From the NCBI GenBank assembly GCA_964016885.1, contig OZ024743.1, positions 243,660,001 to 243,724,000 of the forward strand: a stretch of 64,000 nucleotides of DNA. The letters run 5' to 3'. The notes under the pieces were generated by a model, which was not told where the DNA came from, did not search any database, and saw only the letters and a program-made list of their open reading frames with translations. This DNA comes from Eledone cirrhosa (lineage: Eukaryota). The translations under genes and the position numbers were made by a program. Positions 27,101 to 38,524 of this stretch are shown one piece after another. Each line of letters starts with the position of its first letter. The stretch's first letter is position 1.

Positions 27101-30100
27101 AGACCCAGGACAGATGTTGTTTAGACCCAGGACAGATGTTTAGACCCAGGTCAGATGTTGTTTAGACCCAGGACAGATGTTGTTTAGACCCAGGTCAGAT
27201 GTTTAGACCCAGGACAGATGTTGTTTAGACCCAGGGCAGATGTTGTTTAGACCCAGGGCACATGTTGTTTAGACCCAGGGCAGATGTTGTTTAGACCCAG
27301 GGCAGATGTTGTTTAGACCCAGGTCAGATGTTTAGACCCAGGACAGATGTTGTTTAGACCCAGGGCAGATGTTGTTTAGACCCAGGACAGATGTTGTTTA
27401 GACCCAGGTCAGATGTTTAGACCCAGGACAGATGTTGTTTAGACCCAGGGCAGATGTTGTTTAGACCCAGGACAGATGTTGTTTAGACCCAGGACAGATG
27501 TTGTTTAGACCCAGGTCAGATGTTTAGACCCAGGACAGATGTTGTTTAGACCCAGGGCAGATGTTGTTTAGACCCAGGTCAGATGTTTAGACCCAGGACA
27601 GATGTTGTTTAGACCCAGGACAGATGTTGTTTAGACCCAGGTCAGATGTTTAGACCCAGGACAGATGTTGTTTAGACCCAGGTCAGATGTTTAGACCCAG
27701 GACAGATGTTGTTTAGACCCAGGACAGATGTTGTTTAGACCCAGGTCAGATGTTTAGACCCAGGACAGATGTTGTTTAGACCCAGGACAGATGTTGTTTA
27801 GACCCAGGGCAGATGTTGTTTAGACCCAGGGCAGATGTTGTTTAGACCCAGGACAGATGTTGTTTAGACCCAGGGCAGATGTTGTTTAGACCCAGGACAG
27901 ATGTTGTTTAGACCCAGGTCAGATGTTGTTTAGACCCAGGGCAGATGTTGTTTAGACCCAGGGCAGATGTTGTTTAGACCCATGACAGATGTTGTTTAGA
28001 CCCAGGGCAGATGTTGTTTAGACCCAGGGCAGATGTTGTTTAGACCCAGGACAGATGTTGTTTAGACCCAGGTCAGATGTTTAGACCCAGGACAGATGTT
28101 GTTTAGACCCAGGGCAGATGTTGTTTAGACCCAGGGCAGATGTTGTTTAGACCCAGGACAGATGTTGTTTAGACCCAGGTCAGATGTTTAGACCCAGGAC
28201 AGATGTTGTTTAGACCCAGGGCAGATGTTGTTTAGACCCAGGGCAGATGTTGTTTAGACCCAGGACAGATGTTGTTTAGACCCAGGTCAGATGTTTAGAC
28301 CCAGGACAGATGTTGTTTAGACCCAGGGCAGATGTTGTTTAGACCCAGGTCAGATGTTTAGACCCAGGACAGATGTTTAGACCCAGGACAGATGATGTTT
28401 AGACCCAGGACAGATGTTGTTTAGACCCAGGTCAGATGTTTAGACCCAGGTCAGATGTTGTTTAGACCCAGGGCAGATGTTGTTTAGACCCAGGACAGAT
28501 GTTGTTTAGACCCAGGGCAGATGTTGTTTAGACCCAGGGCAGATGTTGTTTAGACCCAGGACAGATGTTGTTTAGACCCAGGTCAGATGTTTAGACCCAG
28601 GACAGATGTTTAGACCCAGGACAGATGTTGTTTAGACCCAGGACAGATGTTGTTTAGACCCAGGTCAGATGTTTAGACCCAGGACAGATGTTGTTTAGAC
28701 CCAGGGCAGATGTTGTTTAGACCCAGGTCAGATGTTGTTTAGACCCAGGTCAGATGTTTAGACCCAGGACAGATGTTGTTTAGACCCAGGACAGATGTTG
28801 TTTAGACCTAGGTCAGATGTTTAGACCCAGGACAGATGTTGTTTAGACCCAGGACAGATGTTGTTTAGACCCAGGACAGATGTTGTTTAGACCCAGGTCA
28901 GATGTTTAGACCCAGGACAGATGTTGTTTAGACCCAGGACAGATGTTGTTTAGACCCAGGACAGATGTTGTTTAGACCCAGGTCAGATGTTTAGACCCAG
29001 GACAGATGTTGTTTAGACCCAGGACAGATGTTGTTTAGACCCAGGTCAGATGTTTAGACCCAGGACAGATGTTGTTTAGACCCAGGACAGATGTTGTTTA
29101 GACCCAGGACAGATGTTGTTTAGACCCAGGTCAGATGTTTAGACCCAGGACAGATGTTGTTTAGACCCAGGGCAGATGTTGTTTAGACCCAGGTCAGATG
29201 TTGTTTAGACCCAGGTCAGATGTTTAGACCCAGGACAGATGTTGTTTAGACCCAGGACAGATGTTGTTTAGACCCAGGTCAGATGTTTAGACCCAGGACA
29301 GATGTTGTTTAGACCCAGGGCAGATGTTGTTTAGACCCAGGTCAGATGTTGTTTAGACCCAGGTCAGATGTTTAGACCCAGGACAGATGTTGTTTAGACC
29401 CAGGACAGATGTTGTTTAGACCCAGGTCAGATGTTTAGACCCAGGACAGATGTTGTTTAGACCCAGGACAGATGTTGTTTAGACCCAGGTCAGATGTTTA
29501 GACCCAGGACAGATGTTTAGACCCAGGACAGATGATGTTTTGACCCAGGACAGATGTTGTTTAGACCCAGGTCAGATGTTTAGACCCAGGTCAGATGTTG
29601 TTTAGACCCAGGGCAGATGTTGTTTAGACCCAGGACAGATGTTGTTTAGACCCAGGGCAGATGTTGTTTAGACCCAGGGCAGATGTTGTTTAGACCCAGG
29701 ACAGATGTTGTTTAGACCCAGGTCAGATGTTTAGACCCAGGACAGATGTTTAGACCCAGGACAGATGTTGTTTAGACCCAGGACAGATGTTGTTTAGACC
29801 CAGGTCAGATGTTTAGACCCAGGACAGATGTTGTTTAGACCCAGGGCAGATGTTGTTTAGACCCAGGTCAGATGTTGTTTAGACCCAGGTCAGATGTTTA
29901 GACCCAGGACAGATGTTGTTTAGACCCAGGACAGATGTTGTTTAGACCCAGGTCAGATGTTGTTTAGACCCAGGTCAGATGTTTAGACCCAGGACAGATG
30001 TTGTTTAGACCCAGGGCAGATGTTGTTTAGACCCAGGGCAGATGTTGTTTAGACCCAGGACAGATGTTGTTTAGACCCAGGTCAGATGTTTAGACCCAGG

Positions 30101-30480
30101 ACAGATATTGTTTAGACCCAGGGCAGATGTTGTTTAGACCCAGGGCAGATGTTGTTTAGACCCAGGACAGATGTTGTTTAGACCCAGGTCAGATGTTTAG
30201 ACCCAGGACAGATGTTGTTTAGACCCAGGGCAGATGTTGTTTAGACCCAGGGCAGATGTTGTTTAGACCCAGGACAGATGTTGTTTAGACCCAGGTCAGA
30301 TGTTTAGACCCAGGACAGATGTTGTTTAGACCCAGGGCAGATGTTGTTTAGACCCAGGGCAGATGTTGTTTAGACCCAGGACAGATGTTGTTTAGACCCA
30401 GGTCAGATGTTTAGACCCAGGTCAGATGTTTAGACCCAGGACAGATGATGTTTAGACCCAGGACAGATGATGATTAGGCT
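9136..30480. repeat. ~21.3-kb tandem array of a 22-bp unit GACCCAGGAYAGATGTTGTTTA (about 970-1000 units), with a 19-bp deletion variant
   Basis: The phase recurs every 660 bp (30x22). Variants are GAC/GGC/GAT, AT/AC/TC/GC, GTT/GAT and -GTT. No ORF is reported across it. Three more units resume at ~31477-31544. Confidence 0.98.
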
Positions 30481-31476
30481 CCAAATGCAAACAATGGGTA
30501 CACAAGAGATGTAGCGGGATCTCAGGAAGCTTAATTAAGAATGTAGGCTTCACATGCAGCAGCTGTGCTGGGACAGCAAGCAGCAAACAGCCACAGGAAA
30601 CAAGTACCACCAATCTCTGGGAGGGCTCTGTAGAAACAGTAGAGAGCTTCTGCTACCTAGGTGACCGAATTAGCAGCAGAGGTGGGTGTTCAGAAAGTAC
30701 AATAACTAGGGTAAGAACGGGATGGAAGAAGTTTAGGGAACTACTACCACTGCTAGCTGCAATAGGCTTCTCCCTCAAAATGAAAGGCAGACTGTATGAT
30801 GCGTGTATCCGAACAGCGATGTTACATGGTAGTGAGACCTGGGCGCTGAAGGTGGAAGACTTACGTAGATTAGAGAGAAAGGAAGCCTGCATGCTCCGAT
30901 GGATGTGTAACAGTAATATACGCGAACGACAAAGCATAAATGAATTGAGAGAGAGACTGAGCATAAGAGGAATCAAATGCTGTGTGCAGGAGAGGCGGTT
31001 GCGCTGGTATGGACATGTGATGCGTATGAAGGATGACAGCTGCATAAAAAGGTGCAGAACACTAGAAGTCGATGGAAACCGCGGAGTGGGGAGACCCAAG
31101 ATGACCTGGGATGAGGTGATAAAAGCCGACCTTACCCAATTACACCTCTCAAAGGCGATGACACACGACCGTGACCTCTGACATCATGCAGTAATACAGA
31201 GTACCCGACCTCCCATGGGTACAAGCTGAAGCATATAGACAATATGCCCCCACTGCAAGGTGGTCGTGGAGGTGCCACGGCAAAAAAAGCACCCAGCCCA
31301 CACTGTAAATGAGGTTGGTGTTAGGAAGGGCATCCAGCTGTAGAAATCAAGCCAAATCAGTTCCTGTATGAGTAAGGCATGGTCAGCCGACCAGACACTG
31401 CCCACAACAGGACAACCCGTCTAACCCATGCTAGCATGGAAGAACAGACGTAAAACGGTGATGATGTTGATGATGA
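30481..31476 (+). mobile_element. 5'-truncated RTE LINE, family A, inserted in the last units of the satellite
   Basis: [11 protein letters not shown]...FCYLGD...MLHGSETW...[19 protein letters not shown], then the 3' UTR and a (GAT)n tail. Confidence 0.95.
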
Positions 31477-31549
31477 CAGATGTTTAGACCCAGGACAGAT
31501 GTTGTTCAGCCCCAGACAGATGTTGTTTAGCCCCAGGACTGATGCTGAT

Positions 31550-32500
31550 AAGCTGCTATTTCTAGCAAACCTATGGACCACCATGAGATCCCCACTATTT
31601 ATCTACTATTTCTAACACACTTATGGACCACCATGTGGTTTCCGAAGTTAAGCTGATGTAGCTGCTATTTCTAGCACACCTTTGGACCAACATGAGGATC
31701 CTCTTATTTAGCTGATGTAGCTACTATTTCTAGCACACCTATGGATCACCATGACATTCCCCTCTATTTAGCTGCTATTTCTAGCACACCTATGGACCAC
31801 CATAAGGTGCCACTATTTAGCTGCAAAATCTAGCACACCTATGGACCACCATCACGTTCCCAATATTTATCTGCTATTTCTAACACACCTATTGATTACT
31901 ATGATTTCGCCCCCTGCTTAGCTGATGTAACTGTTATTTCTAGCACACCTATGGACCACTGAAGTTCCCCCGTTTAGCTGATGCAGCTCCTTTTTCTAGC
32001 ACACCTATGAACCACCATGAGGTTTCCCCTATTTAGCTTCTAATTCTAGCACACCTATAGACCATCATGAGGATTCCCCTATTTAGCTTCTATTTCTAGC
32101 ACACCTATAGACCACCACGAGGATTCCCCTATTTAGCTTCTATCTCTAGCACACCTACACACCACCATGAGGATTCCCCTATTTAGCTTCTATTTCTAGC
32201 ACACCTATAGACCACCGTAACGGTTCCTCCGTTTTAGCTGATGTAACTGCTAGAGATAGCAGCTACATCAGATAAACAGGGGAAAACTCATGGTGGTCCA
32301 AAGGTGTGTTAGAAATAGCAGATAAAAAGGAAAAACTTGATGGTGGTTCGTAGGTGTGCTAGAAATAGATAAAAAGGGGAACCTCATAGTGGTCCATAGG
32401 TGTGCTAGAAATAGCAGCTAAACGGGGGGGGGGGAACTTCAGTGGTCCATAGGTGTGCTAGAAATAGCAGCTACGTCGTGCTAGATTTTGCAGCTAAATA
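31550..32500. repeat. Fold-back array: ~15 tandem 41-52-bp units, then ~5 inverted units, centre at ~32254
   Basis: Unit gctatttctagcacacctatggaccaccatgagg.tcccctatttagct up to 32252; reverse-complement units gtggtccataggtgtgctagaaatagc after 32257. Confidence 0.9.
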
Positions 32501-33091
32501 GATGAAAAGAAATTGAAAATTAAATATTATTCTTAATACATATTAACAATTTCTTTTCATCGCACATATTATTAAACCCTTCAATATACAAACCTTAATT
32601 TAACATTATTCTAAAATTTTTCTCTTCGTTAATTTTCAAATTCTTTTAATTTATACATTATCTTCCAACGGTTTTTCAACCTCTCTATGTAAAACAATAT
32701 ATTTTTCTCAGTTATAAAAGCTATCTCTCTCTCTCTATCACCCATCTCTCCTCCTATCTCATCCTTCCTCATTATACTCCTCCCCCTCCACTTTTTACTC
32801 TCATCTCCTCCTCTTTTTCACCCCCCCCCCCCCTCAATTTTTTCCCAATATCACAAATCAATCTAAAACTACTTTTCATATGTTGATTTAAAACTGCACT
32901 ATTCACATATCATGTCTCCCTATTTTATCTGACGAAAACGCAAATGTTATTGCATGATGATATTTGTTTTTGAAATGCGCATAATAAAATACATGGAACT
33001 CTTTTAACCATCTTTTGATCTTATATATTATTATATATATACATATATATATATATACATATATACATATATACATATATATATATACATA

Positions 33092-33132
<41 letters not shown>

Positions 33133-33191
33133 ACATATATATATATACATATATATATATACATATATATATATACATATATATATATACG

Positions 33192-33707
33192 TATGAAGGA
33201 TGACAGCTGCATAAAAAGGTGCAGAGCACTAGAAGTTGATGGAAACCGCGGAGTGGGGAGACCCAAGATGACTTGGGATGAGGTGATAAAAGCCGACCTT
33301 ACCCAACTACACCTCTCAAAGTCAATGACACACGACCGTGACTTCTGGCGTCACGCAGTAATACAGGGTACCCGACCTCCCATGGGTACATGCTGAAGCA
33401 TATAAACAATATGCCCCCCCCCCCCCCCCCCACTACAAGGTGGTCGTGGAGGTGCCACGGCAAAAAAGCACCCAGCCCACACTGTAAAGTGGACGTGTAG
33501 GCGCCACGAAAAAGCACCCAGCACTCACTGTAAATGAGGTTGGTGTTAGGAAGGGCATCCAGCTGTAGAAATCAAGCCAGATCAGTTCCTGTATGAGCAA
33601 GGCATGGTCAGCCGACCAGACACTGCCCACAACAGGACAACCCGTCTAACCCATGCTAGCGTGGAAGAACGGACGTAAAACGGTGATGATGATGATGATG
33701 ATGATGA
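33192..33707 (+). mobile_element. RTE family A 3' fragment in (TA)n
   Basis: [17 protein letters not shown], 3' UTR and (GAT)n tail. Confidence 0.95.
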
Positions 33708-33794
33708 TATATATATATATACATACATATATATATACAAACATATATACATATACATACATATATATATACATACACATATATATACATACAA

Positions 33795-34407
33795 ACATGG
33801 TGGCTGCCAACTCGTTTTCGAGTACGGCCACTACTCTATATCCATGTAGGAGAACCCCTACCGATGCGCTGAACGAGTGTGACTTTTTAGTCCAGCCAGC
33901 GACTTGAAAACTCTGGTACAAACACTACACTTGTGACAATTATTGGCACATAGTGCTGGGCCCATGGTATCATGTGACGACAAGTGCAGAGAGATCTCCA
34001 GATATAAACCAATGCCTGTGCCGTGAAGCTTTTATAGTGAGCAAAGGCACTGCACAAAGCCAGTCCCACTCTCTTAACCAAGATGATATTTACCAAAAAG
34101 AAGAACAAGTCAACATCATTGGATACCATCAGGGTTGCAGGTGTTATATCAGAGTTTTCCTTCTCCTAGAATTCTGCCTTGACAAAGGCTAAGGGGGTCA
34201 TCTCTCCCGGTGATTTTGGATGGCCATTGACTTTTAAGAGCTCCTTTGCCCATTGACAGGTTTTGTTTTTAGTCCTGCAGGATGTCCAAAGTCACCCTCG
34301 TCACCAAGAAACCTTGGTGGGGTTGCCAGTTTAGTCGCCAACGACCCGACCATGAGACAGGTTGTACTGGGATACATGTTACCAGTAGCACCAACTGGTG
34401 ACCTGAC
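33795..34407 (-). mobile_element. Probable 5' UTR of a distinct RTE-type LINE
   Basis: GC-richer island flanked by (TA)n. Minus-strand ctaggagaaggaaaactctga is a motif I recall from RTE 5' UTRs. The start is structured. Confidence 0.5.
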
Positions 34408-34471
34408 ATATACATACATACATATATATATACATATATATATACATACATACATACATATATATATATAC

Positions 34472-34506
<35 letters not shown>

Positions 34507-34605
34507 CATATATATACATATATATATACATATACATATATATACATATATATATACATATACATATATATACATACATATATACATATACATATATATA
34601 CATAC

Positions 34606-34640
<35 letters not shown>

Positions 34641-35000
34641 CATATACATACATACATATATATATATATTTATATATATATACATATATATATATATACA
34701 TATATACATATATATATACATATATACATATATATATATACATCATCATCATCATCGTTTAACGTCAATGTTCCACGCTTGCATGGGTTTGGACGAACAT
34801 ATATATATATACATATACATATATATATATACACATATTGTTATACTTTGGGAGGGTCATGTTGCCAATAAGAAACACACGCACCAGTTGCTTTCACTTC
34901 AATTTATTATATATTTATAAATTTATAAATTTACAAATCTACAAACTTATAAATTTCTGGTTGGTTGGTTGGTTCCACAACCAGATAGTTGTTTATATAT

Positions 35001-35045
35001 AGTCATAGTCCTTTCGTCACACACTCTGTGACCTCTTCAGTGACT
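35001..35045 (-). ncRNA. Minimal type I hammerhead ribozyme (left arm)
   Basis: Exact reverse complement of 38204-38248. Confidence 0.8.
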
Positions 35046-35253
35046 GGGGATTCCTTTCTTTGTTTCTGTGCCTTTCCTTTCTTCTATCCTACGCCATTTT
35101 GTTTCTGTGTGTGTGTTGTGTGCTCAGTTTGCGCATGTGCCACATCCGGGTGTCTGTGTGTGTTTGTGTTCATTTATCTATTTGTTTATTAATTTATTTA
35201 TTTATTGTTGGTTGGTTGTTTGTTCTATGTGTGTGTGTGTTTTCATTTTGTTC

Positions 35254-36186
35254 TTAATTGTAAGTTGTGATGTTGTTGTTCCACTCATATTTTCTATTTA
35301 ATTTTGGTTTTAATTCTTTTATGCTTACTGCCTCTGTAATTTGCCTAAACATTGCATCTTTTCTGTGTGTGGATTCTATTTTTATTTCTATGTTCTCTAA
35401 TCTACCCCTGTGCTCTATCTTAGCATGTTGGTAGAGCACAGATGATTCTTTATTATCTTGAAGGTCTCGCCAGTGTTCATTTATTCGTTCCCCTATACTA
35501 CGAGCTGTCTCACCTATGTACACTATATTTTTGTTTCTACATTGTCCTTCAGTACATCTTATGCTATACACTACATTTCTAGTTTTACAGTTAATATGGG
35601 GGCTTATTTTACAGGTTATACATTTCTTATCTATACATGAAGGTCTTTGGAACGGGTATGTCTTGCTAATAAGTGTTTTTACGGAGGTACCTGGTCTTTC
35701 TACTATCTTAATATTGAGTTTATGTTTATTTAGGGCCCTTCTAAATTTGTAGGCTAGTTCGCCTCTAGGGGTTGTATTGATGAACATTACACTCTGGTAT
35801 TTATTGCTATCATACCATGAGTTTATTCTATTGGCCTTGTTCCTAGTTCTTTCTATTCTATTCCAAAATTTGCTCCTATACAAGGGGCAGGTCCCATTTA
35901 TGTCTTTATTTACCATTTTTTTCCCATTTGGTTCTGGCTCCTCTATACACTCTGATTCTATCTCTCTGATTGTAGCCAGAGAACTGCATATGGAGGATAG
36001 AGAAAAAGCCCTCAATGCCCATATGGTGATGTGGACGAATATAATGCAGCCCAACAAAAGGACTGCCAACAACTTCCAGGCCTGGAACAATGACGTGCCG
36101 GCGTTGTATGGGCTTCGAAAAGACCATAAAACGGGCAGTGACCCTGTCGCGGGACCACCAACACGGCCAGTCTGTGGAGCTAACAT
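35254..36186 (-). CDS. Stand-alone ORF with Cys linker and intact GIY-YIG endonuclease (310 aa; N-terminus is antisense RT)
   Basis: NVVYSIRC..C...YIGETARSIGERINEH...LYQH...H...RQITEAVSI....PKLN: all canonical GIY-YIG residues are present. Confidence 0.75.
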   Translation of the reverse strand: MLAPQTGRVGGPATGSLPVLWSFRSPYNAGTSLFQAWKLLAVLLLGCIIFVHITIWALRAFSLSSICSSLATIREIESECIEEPEPNGKKMVNKDINGTCPLYRSKFWNRIERTRNKANRINSWYDSNKYQSVMFINTTPRGELAYKFRRALNKHKLNIKIVERPGTSVKTLISKTYPFQRPSCIDKKCITCKISPHINCKTRNVVYSIRCTEGQCRNKNIVYIGETARSIGERINEHWRDLQDNKESSVLYQHAKIEHRGRLENIEIKIESTHRKDAMFRQITEAVSIKELKPKLNRKYEWNNNITTYN

Positions 36187-37756
36187 TGCTAGTAACTACA
36201 GACTGTCCTACTTCCTCTCCCTGATCATACGCCACATCATTGAGATGTCCCCAGATGTATGTGACAGCACGGAGGACCTCCTCAGCAGAATCGGCGCGAG
36301 TAACCGATCTGGGGACCTAACAAACTGCATAATAGGCAGTATGGATGTTGTGTCCCTGTATCCATCTATTGACGTGGATTTTGCTGTGGAGAAATGCGTC
36401 GAAATGATCAGCGAGAGCAAGGTTGAGTTCCGTGGGATTGATACCAGTGAGCTGGGACTTCTACTTAAGCTTACCCATAGTAATAGTTACCTAGACACTT
36501 ATGACCTTAGCAACCTGTGCCCTACAAGACCAGCAAGAGGCAGACCACCTACCATTACCTCAATGGCCAAGAAAACCCACACAGATAGATGGAACGGGTG
36601 GACCAGAGCCATACGGACACCCGAAAACCACGATGAACTGAAGAAAATGATTGCATATGCGGTAGGGGCCAGCATAAAATTAACCCTTAAGGAACATATG
36701 TTCAAATTTAATGGTAAAACATATGCCCAAGAGGAAGGAGCAGCCATTGGTGTTAGCATTGCAGGCGACATAGCTAACTTATTCATGGTATGGTGGGACA
36801 GTAGACTTAAACAAAAACTTAAAGAACAATTAGAAGACAGCTTAACTCTGATAATGTACTCCCGCTACGTAGATGATATAAACATCGTAGTTAAGACACC
36901 CCCACTAAAGAACAGTCAGGAACTAGAGAAAAACACAATGGAAAGCATCCAGCAAATAGCAAACTCCATCCACCAGAGCATTAGAGTTACTATAGACTAC
37001 CCAAGTAGACACCCCAACCATCGATTACCTGTACTAGACACAGAGCTCTGGTTAGATAGCATTAACAACCAAAAACAAATCCTCCATTCCCATTATGCCA
37101 AACCCATGACTTCCAAACATCTGATCCACCGAAACTCGGCCATTTCGGACCATACCAAAATCAACATACTGATTGCGGATTTGGTACGGGTGATGAGAAA
37201 TGTGTCCCGCATGTGCAACCCCGAAGAACTAGAGAGACACATACAACACTTCATCCACCGTATGCAGTTCTCTGGCTACAATCAGAGAGATAGAATTAGA
37301 GTGTATAGAGGAGCCAGAACCAAATGGGAAAAAATGGTAAATAATGACATAAATGGGACCTGCCCCTTGTATAGGAGCAAATTTTGGAATAGAATAGAAA
37401 GAACTAGGAACAAGGCCAATAGAATAAACTCATGGTATGATAGCAATAAATACCAGAGTGTAATGTTCATCAATACAACCCCTAGAGGCGAGCTAGCCTA
37501 CAAATTTAGAAGGGCCCTAAATAAACATAAACTCAATATTAAGATAGTAGAAAGACCAGGTACCTCCGTAAAAACACTTATTAGCAAGACATACCCGTTC
37601 CAAAGACCCTCATGTATAGATAAGAAATGTATAACCTGTAAAATAAGCCCCCATATTAACTGTAAAACTAGAAATGTAGTGTATAGCATAAGATGTACTG
37701 AAGGACAATGTAGAAACAAAAATATAGTGTACATTATGAGACAGCTATTAGTATAG
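35777..37756 (+). CDS. Penelope-type reverse transcriptase ORF (659 aa). The first ~70 aa come from the antisense arm, and the GIY-YIG is frameshifted at ~37735
   Basis: LYGLRKDHK, PTRPVCGA, SMDVVSLYPSI, YAQEEGAAIG, RYVDDI, LPVLD, then CxxxxCxxC linker and NVVYSIRC. The endonuclease remainder is in ORF 37810..37995. Confidence 0.9.
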   Translation: MMNITLWYLLLSYHEFILLALFLVLSILFQNLLLYKGQVPFMSLFTIFFPFGSGSSIHSDSISLIVARELHMEDREKALNAHMVMWTNIMQPNKRTANNFQAWNNDVPALYGLRKDHKTGSDPVAGPPTRPVCGANIASNYRLSYFLSLIIRHIIEMSPDVCDSTEDLLSRIGASNRSGDLTNCIIGSMDVVSLYPSIDVDFAVEKCVEMISESKVEFRGIDTSELGLLLKLTHSNSYLDTYDLSNLCPTRPARGRPPTITSMAKKTHTDRWNGWTRAIRTPENHDELKKMIAYAVGASIKLTLKEHMFKFNGKTYAQEEGAAIGVSIAGDIANLFMVWWDSRLKQKLKEQLEDSLTLIMYSRYVDDINIVVKTPPLKNSQELEKNTMESIQQIANSIHQSIRVTIDYPSRHPNHRLPVLDTELWLDSINNQKQILHSHYAKPMTSKHLIHRNSAISDHTKINILIADLVRVMRNVSRMCNPEELERHIQHFIHRMQFSGYNQRDRIRVYRGARTKWEKMVNNDINGTCPLYRSKFWNRIERTRNKANRINSWYDSNKYQSVMFINTTPRGELAYKFRRALNKHKLNIKIVERPGTSVKTLISKTYPFQRPSCIDKKCITCKISPHINCKTRNVVYSIRCTEGQCRNKNIVYIMRQLLV

Positions 37757-38203
37757 GGGAACGAATAAATGAACACTGGCGAGACCTTCAAGATAATAAA
37801 GAATCATCTGTGCTCTACCAACATGCTAAGATAGAGCACAGGGGTAGATTAGAGAACATAGAAATAAAAATAGAATCCACACACAGAAAAGATGCAATGT
37901 TTAGGCAAATTACAGAGGCAGTAAGCATAAAAGAATTACAACCAAAATTAAATAGAAAATATGAGTGGAACAGCAACATCACAACTTACAATTAAGGACA
38001 AAATGAAAACACACACACACATAGAACAAACAACCAACCAACAATAAATAAATAAATAAATAAACAAATAGATAAATGAACACAAACACACACAGACACC
38101 CGGATGTGGCGCATGCGCAAACTGAGCACACAACACACACACAGAAACAAAATGGCGTAGGATAGAAGAAAGGAAAGGCACAGAAACAAAGAAAGGAATC
38201 CCC

Positions 38204-38248
38204 AGTCACTGAAGAGGTCACAGAGTGTGTGACGAAAGGACTATGACT
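38204..38248 (+). ncRNA. Minimal type I hammerhead ribozyme (right arm, PLE 3' region)
   Basis: AGUCA-CUGAAGA-G-GUCACA gagug UGUGAC-GAAA-GGAC-UA-UGACU: 5-bp stem I, 6-bp stem II, vestigial stem III, predicted cleavage after CUA (38243). Confidence 0.8.
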
Positions 38249-38524
38249 ATATATAAACAACTATCTGGTTGTGGAACCAACCAACCAACCAGAAATTAAT
38301 AAGTTTGTAGATTTGTAAATTTATAAATTTATAAATATATAATAAATTGAAGTGAAAGCAACTGGTGCGTGTGTTTCTTATTGGCAACATGACCCTCCCA
38401 AAGTATAACAATATCGGTTTCAACACACGATTTCAGATAAAGAATCTTGCTAAACAAATTCAGAAACGATATATACACATATATATACATATATATATAT
38501 ATATACACATATATACATATATAT

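Larger units (their letters stand above)
34835..38470 (+). mobile_element. Penelope-like retroelement, 5'-truncated, preceded by an inverted copy of its own 3' end (arms 34835-35990 and 37261-38414)
   Basis: PLE RT, Cys-rich linker and C-terminal GIY-YIG. The arms are near-identical reverse complements, embedded in (TA)n. Confidence 0.95.

Noticed and set aside
9136-30480. Array as a CRISPR-like locus or repetitive protein gene
   Set aside because: There are no unique spacers, and the 22/19-bp period rotates TAG and TAA through all frames, so no ORF exists.
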